Below, in pieces: positions 17,155 to 26,300 of a DNA stretch of 64,000 bases. The position numbers and the translations under genes are program-made. The stretch's first letter is position 1; each line of letters opens with the position of its first letter. The notes beneath the pieces are model-generated. The model was not told where the DNA came from. It ran no database searches and saw nothing but the letters and a program-made list of their open reading frames with translations. Origin of the DNA: a virus; the IMG/VR virus record IMGVR_UViG_3300045988_137032, positions 32,001 to 96,000 of that record; one strand, given 5' to 3'.

Positions 17155-19221
17155 ATGAGTATGACAGTTCCTGCTATTCCGGATACGAAAGAACTCGAAA
17201 AGTATATCAAACCGATTTACTTTATCGAAGATTACATGGTAAGCGAAGAAACCTATAGTGCATTTGAAGATCGAATTTATGATGTGGTGAAAGGGTGTTT
17301 TGAAATTAAAGAATGCAGGGAATACCCTGTGAAGTTTAAGTTCTATAAGGATGACAAAGAGATGCATGAATTGCAGCTCCGTCATTTCTTGATCAATGTA
17401 TTCATGTGGCATCCGTTTGTGAATCTGTATGATACGGATTTTCATATGGATAAAACCTTCATTGTGGATTGCTTTACTGAGATTCCTCATTTGGAGGATT
17501 TCATTAATCCAAAGATCATTGAGGTTCTGAGAGATTACAGTGTACGAAATACTGTGATTAACGAAAGCGTATCCAACGTACTACACAATCTGAGAAGCAT
17601 TTCGATCAATTTCGCATTGATTATGGGATTGACGATCTCTACGAATACCTTCTTGGATTGGTATACGGAAGATAAAGAACTTCATGATATCATGAATACG
17701 ACTTTCCCGCTTGATAAACAGCCTAGTGAAATCGAAGAAGCACTGGCTGATATTCAGGTAAGAGAAATCGAAGAGATCAAAACTCGTAAGGATGATCCGG
17801 TTGGTATTATTCTGAGAGCAGATACCGGCATTAAGCACAAGCAGCTTGTTGAGTTTACTGCTCATATGGGCTTGAAACCCGACCTTGCAGGTGTTACGAT
17901 TCCTCTGCCTATCAACTCTTCTACTTTGATTAGAGGTTTGGATAAACCCAGTTCTCATTACATTGATGCACTGGGCGGCCGTAAGTCTCTGATTATGAAT
18001 AAGAAGGTCATGGGTAGAGCTGGTTATTTCGGCAAGGTTGTGCTGCTTCTGGCACGTACTCTGTCTCTGTCCATGGATGTATCTGATTGTGGTAGTAAGC
18101 ATTATCTAAAGATTATGATTACTTCCAAGAAGATGCTCCAGAAGTACAATAACCGTTACTACCTTGATCATTCCACTGGTGATCTCAAGTGTCTGAATGC
18201 GGAAACCGATACCCATTTGATTGGTACCTACGTAGATTTTCGCAGTCCGATTACTTGTAAGTGTGGTGATAAAGTTTGCCATGTCTGCTTCGGCCGTACT
18301 TCTCTGCTGAACCTTGATATCGCTGATGGCGTTACTGGCTTTGAAGTTGAGGAAGTTACCAAGGTTGTCAACCAGATGATTCTGTCCACGAAGCATCTTT
18401 TGACTACTGTGTCTGAGAAGATCAGCTTCAATGATGACTTCCATCGGTTCTTCCGTCTGTACTGTGGTGAGATTATTCCTCTCACTGCTGAAGAAGCAAT
18501 CCCTGACATTGATGATTGGGCAGTCTGGGTTGATCCCACTACCATTCAGAGATCCGATGATCTGGATGAAGATTCTTCCTTCAACAGCTATGTGCTGGGT
18601 GGATTCTATGTCCAGAATATGAAGACTGGTGAGGTCATCCAGATTAAGACTGACGAAGGCCGTGAGCTTTATCTGACAGATGAACTGATCGATCTCGTTA
18701 AGAAGGGACATGGATATGCAAAGTTCTCTGAGATGACGGAGTTCACTACGCTGTTCAAGATCATTATCATGAACAACGAATTGACGAAGCCTCTGTATTC
18801 TCTGATGAACCTGCTGAATAATTCGAAGTCTACTTCGAATGGTACCATCACCTATCATGAGATGGCTCAGAAGTTTACTGAGCTTCTGCTGGATGCCGGT
18901 ATTAAGGCGACTGCACTGTCTGGCGAGCTTATCATCAACCGTTTGATTCGCAATGATCCCGACGTTGATTATGATCGTCCTGACTTCTCCAAGGAGGATA
19001 TTGGTAAGTATAAGATCGTCAATGTCCTGAACGCTATCGAGTACAACAAGTCTCCTTTGCTTGGTCTGGCCGGTCAGAATCTGAAGCGTCAGCTTCTGTC
19101 GGATGCTCTGGTTACTACGAAGGATTCTCCGTCTTATATTGATGCATACTTCAAGAAGAAGACTTCTACGGAAAACTTTATCCGTAAGCATCACAAACCT
19201 GAAGAATCCTCTGACTGTTAA
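17155..19221 (+). CDS. multisubunit RNA polymerase beta-prime, C-terminal half homologue
   Basis: Bridge-helix-like ALGGRKSLIMNKKVMGRAGYFGKVVLL (compare [24 protein letters not shown]). CGDKVCHVCFGRTS..GFEVEEVTKVVNQMILSTKH (compare CxxCYGRDL..QLTMRTFH trigger-loop region). Confidence 0.7.
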   Translation: MSMTVPAIPDTKELEKYIKPIYFIEDYMVSEETYSAFEDRIYDVVKGCFEIKECREYPVKFKFYKDDKEMHELQLRHFLINVFMWHPFVNLYDTDFHMDKTFIVDCFTEIPHLEDFINPKIIEVLRDYSVRNTVINESVSNVLHNLRSISINFALIMGLTISTNTFLDWYTEDKELHDIMNTTFPLDKQPSEIEEALADIQVREIEEIKTRKDDPVGIILRADTGIKHKQLVEFTAHMGLKPDLAGVTIPLPINSSTLIRGLDKPSSHYIDALGGRKSLIMNKKVMGRAGYFGKVVLLLARTLSLSMDVSDCGSKHYLKIMITSKKMLQKYNNRYYLDHSTGDLKCLNAETDTHLIGTYVDFRSPITCKCGDKVCHVCFGRTSLLNLDIADGVTGFEVEEVTKVVNQMILSTKHLLTTVSEKISFNDDFHRFFRLYCGEIIPLTAEEAIPDIDDWAVWVDPTTIQRSDDLDEDSSFNSYVLGGFYVQNMKTGEVIQIKTDEGRELYLTDELIDLVKKGHGYAKFSEMTEFTTLFKIIIMNNELTKPLYSLMNLLNNSKSTSNGTITYHEMAQKFTELLLDAGIKATALSGELIINRLIRNDPDVDYDRPDFSKEDIGKYKIVNVLNAIEYNKSPLLGLAGQNLKRQLLSDALVTTKDSPSYIDAYFKKKTSTENFIRKHHKPEESSDC

Positions 19222-19232
19222 TTAATTAAAAA

Positions 19233-19270
19233 CCCGACTATCAACTAACGATAGTCGGGCTTATTTTTTA
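19233..19270 (+). terminator. rho-independent terminator
   Basis: Stem CCCGACTATC / GATAGTCGGG, then CTTATTTTTT. Confidence 0.8.
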
Positions 19271-19288
19271 TGAAGGAGGTAATTATAT

Positions 19289-20155
19289 ATGGCATCTGAT
19301 GAGTTTTTCAAATTATCTAAGATGGCCCATAATCGTATCAATATCAAGCAGACTCAAAAGGGTGGAAACAATATCATCCAGTGTCAGAATATCCACATCG
19401 ATCAGAATATGAATATTACTGGTGATGGAAACCATGTAACTGGTATTCATATCGGAGTTGATGGAGATGTCATTGACGATTTTAACAATGGGAAGAAATC
19501 TGCTAATGATGTCAGGAATACAGCTCTCTATGGTGGATCTACCAAGAAAGAAAAATATCTGAAGAGAAAAAGGTATCACGGAATTCTCAATAGTGATCCA
19601 GAAGACTATAAAACTGCAGAACCACTTGAGGATTTCCTTCACTTCTACGAAACGAATGCTTATAAGGAAGGATATCTTCTGGAACGAAAAATCAAAGGAG
19701 TTATTCACGATAGTGAGAACTTTAGGATTCTTCCTGCGTTTATGTCGAATAAGTTTAGTAAGCTTTTCTCGACAAGGAATATCTACAGTGAATCTGCTAA
19801 AGATCCGATTCTTGGTATTGAGGTAGATAGGGCATATAATATCTACTATCGAATTACAGATAACGCTGTATTCTATATCATCAGTAAAGATGTGCCTGGA
19901 TTCAAATCGTTTTGTCCTTTTAGTCTTGAAATGTGTCATCTCGTTGAGCTTCGGTATTTCAGGAAAGATAATACTTCGGCTCCCGTTTTCTATGATCCTA
20001 AGAATGATTATCTGTATACAAAAGATGATAATACGATCATTCTTAGTAAGGTTACAGAAACCAGTTTTCAGAAGTTCCTCGATCTCTTATGGGCAATGAA
20101 ATTTGAAATCTTCATTGTAATTCTTATTATTCTCATCTATATCAATTTTCACTAA
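19289..20155 (+). CDS. hypothetical protein with C-terminal TM anchor (288 aa)
   Basis: GGAGG SD. C-terminal FEIFIVILIILIYINF hydrophobic segment. Confidence 0.65.
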   Translation: MASDEFFKLSKMAHNRINIKQTQKGGNNIIQCQNIHIDQNMNITGDGNHVTGIHIGVDGDVIDDFNNGKKSANDVRNTALYGGSTKKEKYLKRKRYHGILNSDPEDYKTAEPLEDFLHFYETNAYKEGYLLERKIKGVIHDSENFRILPAFMSNKFSKLFSTRNIYSESAKDPILGIEVDRAYNIYYRITDNAVFYIISKDVPGFKSFCPFSLEMCHLVELRYFRKDNTSAPVFYDPKNDYLYTKDDNTIILSKVTETSFQKFLDLLWAMKFEIFIVILIILIYINFH

Positions 20156-20158
20156 AAG

Positions 20159-20209
20159 AATAACCGCTGTGGAAGATTTATATCAACCACAGCGGTTATT
20201 TTATTTTTT
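20159..20209. terminator. bidirectional terminator between convergent genes
   Basis: A 14-bp stem, 20159-20172 / 20187-20200, then a T-run. Confidence 0.75.
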
Positions 20210-20671
20210 CTTCTTATTGAGATAATACTCTTTCATCTCAAACTTATCACATGTCTCAAATCCATGCTTTGCATGATAATTACCTACATGCTTTCTTGGG
20301 AAATCCTTTTCATTCATTCCTCGAATACAACTACCAAGGAATTGTCGATTCTTTCCATTCGTAATGAAATGCTTACACAGATAACAGCATCTACTCCTGT
20401 GATGTGCTCTCACACAGTCATGTTCTTTTTTATAGTAATACTGAAGATAATCCATGTAGTCCATTACAAGATTCTCTTTCGTCCAATCAACTTCTTCTCC
20501 AACGTCTACTTCTTCAAAGAAGTAGGAATATACGTCATCATATCGACTGTCTGTATTTGTTAGAAAGTCTTCCATCCTAGCACCCGGAATTCCCTTGTAG
20601 ACATAAGGATGGTTATTCTCTACCCAGGTATCATCGTGGTGAGGAAAAAAGGAGACACGATACGTGCTCAT
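20201..20671 (-). CDS. Cys/His-rich small protein (156 aa)
   Basis: AAAGGA SD. C-terminal half RSRCCYLCKHF..GSCIRG..HAKHGFETC. Confidence 0.65.
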   Translation of the reverse strand: MSTYRVSFFPHHDDTWVENNHPYVYKGIPGARMEDFLTNTDSRYDDVYSYFFEEVDVGEEVDWTKENLVMDYMDYLQYYYKKEHDCVRAHHRSRCCYLCKHFITNGKNRQFLGSCIRGMNEKDFPRKHVGNYHAKHGFETCDKFEMKEYYLNKKKK

Positions 20672-20699
20672 ACATAATCAGTCCTTTCTATATATTTTT

Positions 20700-21400
20700 A
20701 CATACACCATTACACTAACGTAATCTCGAAAGTAGAATGGTAGTCAGTGTTTTTAATAATTACTACCACTACATAGAGATAGCAAGGTTTTAATTCGGTG
20801 TAATCCCGAAGCGATGTCGTGATGACATTCGTAACGCTTAATTCCTTCCATTCATAGTCCAAGCCTGGGCACCGACGCGCCTATTCGTAGCTGGATTAGA
20901 CTACCGTTTTTAGTAGCGGGCTAGGTGATAAATAATAGGGTGTTTGGAAGGACGTGTGGTTTAAACGAATTAAACTGAGTTGCTAGTAATCTCCATACAT
21001 GGAAAACTAGCAGACAGGTAAATGCGGACCTGTCGGAGAGTAGACTTGTATACGCATCCTTGGAGGTGTAGAGGATCGCCGTTGTTTTCGGGATCAGTAA
21101 ACGATATCAGAAACCGCTTGTCAGGATATCCTAGCGCCTAACGGCGTTTTGATTTTCTGGCGAATAACAGCGTGTTATTGGTATTGCAGGTTAACCCTCC
21201 CTCTCTAGCGATTACTGTAAATGATTTCATTTGCAGTTGTTCTATATTTGCTGTTTGAAGACGAAAGTCCCCTTCAGATGGCCATAATGCCTTTCAAAAT
21301 TGATTGATAATCACCACATGTACGGCTTCGTTGTTTCACCGTATATGTGGTGATTATCAATACCCTATACGACATGTAGTTAATTTTACCCACGGAAATA
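20700..21400 (+). ncRNA. candidate large structured ncRNA A (family unassigned)
   Basis: No ORF of 60 aa or more on either strand. G+C visibly higher than normal intergenic DNA. Many nested helices, and the mismatches in two stems are G-U only on the + strand. Boundaries are approximate. Confidence 0.5.
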
Positions 21401-21424
21401 AATAACGGAAAGGGTGTTTTAACT

Positions 21425-22141
21425 ATGCCGAAATATAAACTTCTTCCTGTGCAAGGAAAAACTACAGTAAATGCTCCTCCTCTTTATATTGTGGTTGCAC
21501 AGGAAGATTTCATTGCTATGGATGGAACTTTTATTCCCTGTGGCACTGAAGGAGGATTTGTAGAAAGCGAAGCTTGCATGCCAAATACATCCAAAGATAA
21601 AAGCTGGATTTATGCTACCAATGGTTATGTAGTTGACAATGCAAAAATTACGAATAGCGTTATCAAGAATGGGTACATATCCGGAAATGCTACCATTGAG
21701 AATTCTATCATCGATAAGAAATGCAATATCATGGAGAATGCAGTTGTAGTTGATTCTACAGTGGATAGTAGTGTGATTGGTGTATGCTCAAGAATCGTTC
21801 GTTGTAAATTGATTGGTGATAATTGCATCAATCTTTATGAGAATACTCATATCTTAGATTCTACGATTGAGGATTCTTCTATTTCTGGAAATATTCTTAT
21901 CTGGAATTCTAATATCGCAAATTGTGCTATTCATAACACTGAATCGAAATGTAGGTCTTATGAATCCACTCATTTATCCGATAAGACGGAATTGGATTCT
22001 CTCAATTACAATTATCGTGATAAGCATGGTACTGGTGAGTTTGCTAAACGTAATAGACAACTCATGAAAGAATTGGAGCGTGCTTTTGCATCAGGAGAAC
22101 TCCGTGCTGGCTACGATATCCATCAGAAATCTGATAAGTAA
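21425..22141 (+). CDS. beta-helix repeat protein (238 aa), function unknown
   Basis: Imperfect repeats of about 17-20 aa (NSVIKNGYISGNATIENSIIDKKCNIMENAVVVDSTVDSSVIG..) typical of a parallel beta-helix. AAAGGG SD. Confidence 0.7.
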   Translation: MPKYKLLPVQGKTTVNAPPLYIVVAQEDFIAMDGTFIPCGTEGGFVESEACMPNTSKDKSWIYATNGYVVDNAKITNSVIKNGYISGNATIENSIIDKKCNIMENAVVVDSTVDSSVIGVCSRIVRCKLIGDNCINLYENTHILDSTIEDSSISGNILIWNSNIANCAIHNTESKCRSYESTHLSDKTELDSLNYNYRDKHGTGEFAKRNRQLMKELERAFASGELRAGYDIHQKSDK

Positions 22142-22149
22142 ATTAATAT

Positions 22150-23000
22150 TTTAATATCTTCTAAACTATATGGTATGAGAACATGATTAAGAAGATCTTC
22201 TTCTCATGCAATTTGCTTAACGATTGGTGCCATTTGTTAAGCAAGACAGTTTAGAATTATTACCTTTTCCTCTCACGAATTTCTCATCGTAATAATTCTA
22301 AATTTAGGGTTGAGAGCCCGAAGTTCAAAGCCGTACAACTCCCATTCCTACGGCCGGTCCAGTAAGATTCTGGAGATCAAGAACGAAAGTAACTTTAGCA
22401 TGATTTATGGATAGACAGAAGTTACCAATTGCGATATCAGCCGATATCTGCTTGTCATTTGAATGTTACTGCATCATATGGTAATTGGTAGCTCTCCACA
22501 TCTGTCTTACATTCATATGCACATGCTCCACTCTTTTGTAACGTACTTTGCTAGTATTGATCAACGTTCACAGCTCTCACAATAAATCGCGTACGGTTTG
22601 ACGTTGGCCAGTCTCTCCTAAGTCGTGTAAGAGATGCTGTATGCAATTGCATTATAAGGAGTTCGATGATATTGAATCTGTAGCGATTCTATCTAGTCAG
22701 GTAAAATTCCTGTGCTTCAAGCTGTTAAGAAGTTTACCATCCTTTTGGTGATACGCTGAACCACTGTCGCGTATACGCCCCAATAAGTTTATATATAGAG
22801 TATAGGATTATGAACTTTGGGTATACTCAGTCCAGAGTGGGTCATTACCGCTGGTTCCTAGATATACTCGATAGACATACCCCGTCGACTATTCTATGTA
22901 TAACAATAAGAGTGATGAAAACGACACCTTGAAGTAACTCCATTTTAGACTATTCAAATACACAGTAGATGTGAGATAAAACATCTACTGTGTATTTTTA
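22150..23000 (+). ncRNA. candidate large structured ncRNA B (family unassigned)
   Basis: ORF-free. Long-range and local helices, with a G-U wobble only on the + strand. Ends in a strong + strand terminator. The 5' boundary is uncertain. Confidence 0.5.
22957..23000 (+). terminator. rho-independent terminator
   Basis: A 16-bp stem AATACACAGTAGATGT (22957-22972) / ACATCTACTGTGTATT (22981-22996), then TTTT. Confidence 0.85.
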
Positions 23001-23053
23001 CTATTATAACAAATAGGTATGAATGCGTATGGATCTTTTATGATTATATATGC

Positions 23054-23147
23054 CCTCCTGTAGTGTAATGGTAACACGCCGGATTTATGACCCGGATAAG
23101 TTCTAGATTGGAGCAAGATGGGGGTTGGAGTCCCTCCAGGAGGACCA
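23054..23147 (+). tRNA. atypical tRNA-like gene (anticodon position reads UAU; 24-nt variable region)
   Basis: Acceptor CCTCCTG/CAGGAGG + A + CCA. D arm GTGT-AATGGTA-ACAC. Anticodon arm CCGGA-TTTATGA-CCCGG with an A31-C39 mismatch. Variable hairpin GTTCT-AGATT-GGAGC. T arm GGGGG-TTGGAGT-CCCTC lacks C56. Confidence 0.55.
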
Positions 23148-23244
23148 CTTTGTTTTCCATATAAATAGATCCTTTCAAACACATTCATTTGACTGATACA
23201 GAGACTGATGACTATTATGGTTGTCAGTCTCTGTATCATCTAGC

Positions 23245-23263
23245 CCTAAAAACAGTATTCTAA
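23245..23263 (+). promoter_or_regulatory. promoter-like motif class L
   Basis: CCTAAAAACAGTATTCTAA, about 60 nt before ATG 23323. Confidence 0.5.
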
Positions 23264-23322
23264 TCAGTTAGGTTTTTCTCTTGTATTCTTAAATACTAAA
23301 GAAAGGGGAGATAATATAAGTT

Positions 23323-26300
23323 ATGGGTAATACAACTTCAGAGCTGATTCCGAACTACGATGCTATTATCAATAACACGTATGACGAAAGTTGGCTCAAT
23401 AAGCTTCTCCATACTACTGTCGAGAACTCGTTTCAGTTTCTGAAGAGATTGCAGCTCAGCTACTGTAGTGTGGATAGATTCCATTTTACACAGAAAGATT
23501 TCTTTGTGTGTACGGATTATCCGAATAATCTTTGTATCTCTATTCCGAAAGACTTCATTGATGCTACAAAGCGTAAAACTTATCGCTATTCAAAATATTA
23601 TGGTGAATATATCACCTATAATGATATTGCAGAAGATTTGGAGCATCAGTTTGATCCGAGTGATTTGAAACAGACTACATTTGAGTTTACACCATGTATC
23701 CACGTGGATGGAAGAGTTGCTACGAACGTGTTGTTCCGTTGTACTCTGGATGGACGTACTCAGGTTGTCTTTTTGGACATTCCTCCGTATTCGGAATGGA
23801 TTGGTGAAGATGCCAAGCATACGATCGAAGTATTCATGCTTCGGAATACATGGACTCATTCGTTCCTTACGAATAGTAAGGTGATGAGAAATCGACTGAG
23901 ACTTCTTGATACACAGGATGCTGATGATAGCGTAGAAGAGAGAAACGGCTATTATGTCTTTAACTCTACCCTTACTGGTGTTTTAATGACAAAATCTCCC
24001 ATTTTCTATTCTATCCGTTGTGTGAGTAAGCGGAGTGATGACTGCTATGAGACGTTCGGAAATTCCTTGGCTTTTGGTCATGTGGATGCTGATGGTAATC
24101 TCTGCATTCCGGCTACTACTTGGCTGAAAGAATATGTTACGAAGCATACTCTTCTGAATCTGGAAGTTACAATTTTCCATCCGAATTACACCTACGAGAT
24201 TCCGAATCTTCGTGAGGTAAAACAGCGTACTACGAACAAGGATATTTATTCTTGTATTGCAGTATGCCAGCAGGAAGAGATGCTTCACTGGGCTATGCCG
24301 ATTCCGGAAGAAAACATCATGGTTTTCTTTGTGGATAAAAAGACTGGTGAAACTACTTATCTCAATTCTTCCGAACTCACAAATCTTCATTATCCGAATA
24401 TTTATGAGATTCGTACAACAAAGGATATTGCAGATAAGTACTACATCAAACTCTTCTATCTGTACCGTCCTCTGTATAAGAGTCTCACTTATGTGGATCA
24501 ATTTTATTACATTCATAAATTCTTTAAATACCAATACAAGACTTCATACGGTCAGGAAGCTACTTTTGAGGATACTTGCAATAAGTTCCTGTATGATCAA
24601 GTCGATCCGTCTCTCGAGGGTACTCGCAAGTACTTTGATCAGATTTGGAACTATGAGGATGTTAATTACGTCTATAACATTAACGATTATGACCATAGCT
24701 CTGAGTATCCTAATTCTTATGCCTATAAACTTGATAAGGCGAAAGAATTTGGGTTATTGGCACCTGACAAGACAAGTGATTACATTGGCAATGTCAATAC
24801 AACTTCTGATCTTTACTATCTGGACGTAAGCAAAGTAGATTTGACTAACCGTGAGCGTACTACAACGCATGGTGAGGATAAGTCTTCCAATGTTGAGTTC
24901 GGTGAAGTACGATATCTGTTTATTTTCCGTAATGATGGTTCTAAGGCATTGAATCTTCGTTATTGGGTAGACGGATTGCTGTGCAATCGCTATACACAGA
25001 TTCATGTTGGCAATTACGATTATATCTACATTCCGAAAGAATATGTGACTCCGAGTTCTCATATTTACATTGAGAAGTTCTGGACTTACACATATTCTAA
25101 GCACCATGCTTTCTCAAGCATGGATGACATGTTTGATATTGAAGTAAAAGCTCCGAGTTATGTCGTTCCTACATGGCATGACCTCTTTGTCCGTCATAAT
25201 GAGACGGAGAAGATTGATAAGGATCGCTTTATCTTCTATAGTCGTGTCAATATGAATGATTATGAGAAGAGTATGCCTCTTGAAGAGCGGAAGCATCAGT
25301 GTGGTATTCCGGATGATGTCGAAGTCATTGACGGTGATGATGGCTACATGTATATGCGGATTACTCAGAATTATGATACTGATATGCCGCGGTATATGCA
25401 TCTCAGCAAGATTAAAGTAAAGCTTGCTAATGAATCTGATCTGAATAAGGACTTCCAGTTCATTATCAATAAGGATTCGTTTATCAGTCATGATACAATT
25501 CCTGCAAAAACACCTGTGCAGCGTATTCGTATTATGGATAGCACGCTTCCTTGGATTGAAGAAGGTACGTATCTTCGTACTTTCGTTGATCGTCGTCGTA
25601 TTGTATGTAACATCAAGATTGAAGCACTTACTCCGTATGATCTTCGTGCTCGTACTGACTACTATCCGACAATAATTCCTTATATTCAGTCTACTGATGT
25701 TACTCCATATTCGTATAAGCGAGTCTGCTTTGTTCCGGAGATTCCCGAGAACTTCATGATTGACATGTCTCAGTATATTGATACTCCGTTTAGTCTTGAC
25801 TACTACGAAGTATATCTGAACGGTCGTCGTCTGTTTGACTATAATATTGAGTGCATTACTCATCGTTATATCAAGCTTTTCAATGTAAGTTCTCGTTTGA
25901 ACTTTGCTGTGTATCGCAGGGATATGGATCCTTTCATCCTTGGTCATGCTCCTAATAAAGAGAAGACACCGATGGATGAATTCATCACGAATGGTCTCAT
26001 TGATCAGACTACGAAGGATAACTTCATTGATAATCTGATTGCTGAGAAACATCCCGGTAGTACTCCTGGTGAGAATACTGAGATCAATGTCAATGATGCA
26101 GTTACACCTGATGATACGACTACTGATCTTAAGAGATTCTACACAGATGTCATTATTCCTGAAGGTGTCACTAAGCCCCAGACTTGGATGCTCGATGAGA
26201 ATGATATCAAAAATAATTATCCCGCAGTATATGAAACTTACACCAAGAAGCATAAAGTTGTCATTCGTCCCAATGTCAACTTCGATGCTCTCCTGTGCAT

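Noticed and set aside
20850-20920. Group I intron-like R/S elements in region A (CATAGTCC and AGACTACC).
   Set aside because: The order is S-like before R-like on both strands, which is the wrong topology. There are no flanking exons, since the neighbouring genes are complete and on different strands, and no P1/P10 pairing to any exon could be built.
21240-21290. GACGAAAGTCCCC in region A resembles the RNase P RNA CR-I element (GAGGAAAGTCCGGGC).
   Set aside because: It sits near the 3' end of the region instead of the 5' end. The partner P4 strand (ACAGAAnCCGGCUUA-like) and the other conserved RNase P blocks were not found.
22310-22370. A group II intron domain V-like hairpin in region B (GCCGTA..TACGGC).
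   Set aside because: The loop is 13 nt with no bulged two-helix DV architecture. There is no reverse transcriptase ORF, and no 5' GUGYG or 3' AY boundary motifs.
23101-23107. An amber-suppressor reading (TTCTAGA loop, anticodon CUA) of the tRNA-like gene.
   Set aside because: The flanking bases do not form a 5-bp anticodon stem (ATAAG against TTGGA). The segment folds better as a variable-arm hairpin with a 5-nt loop.
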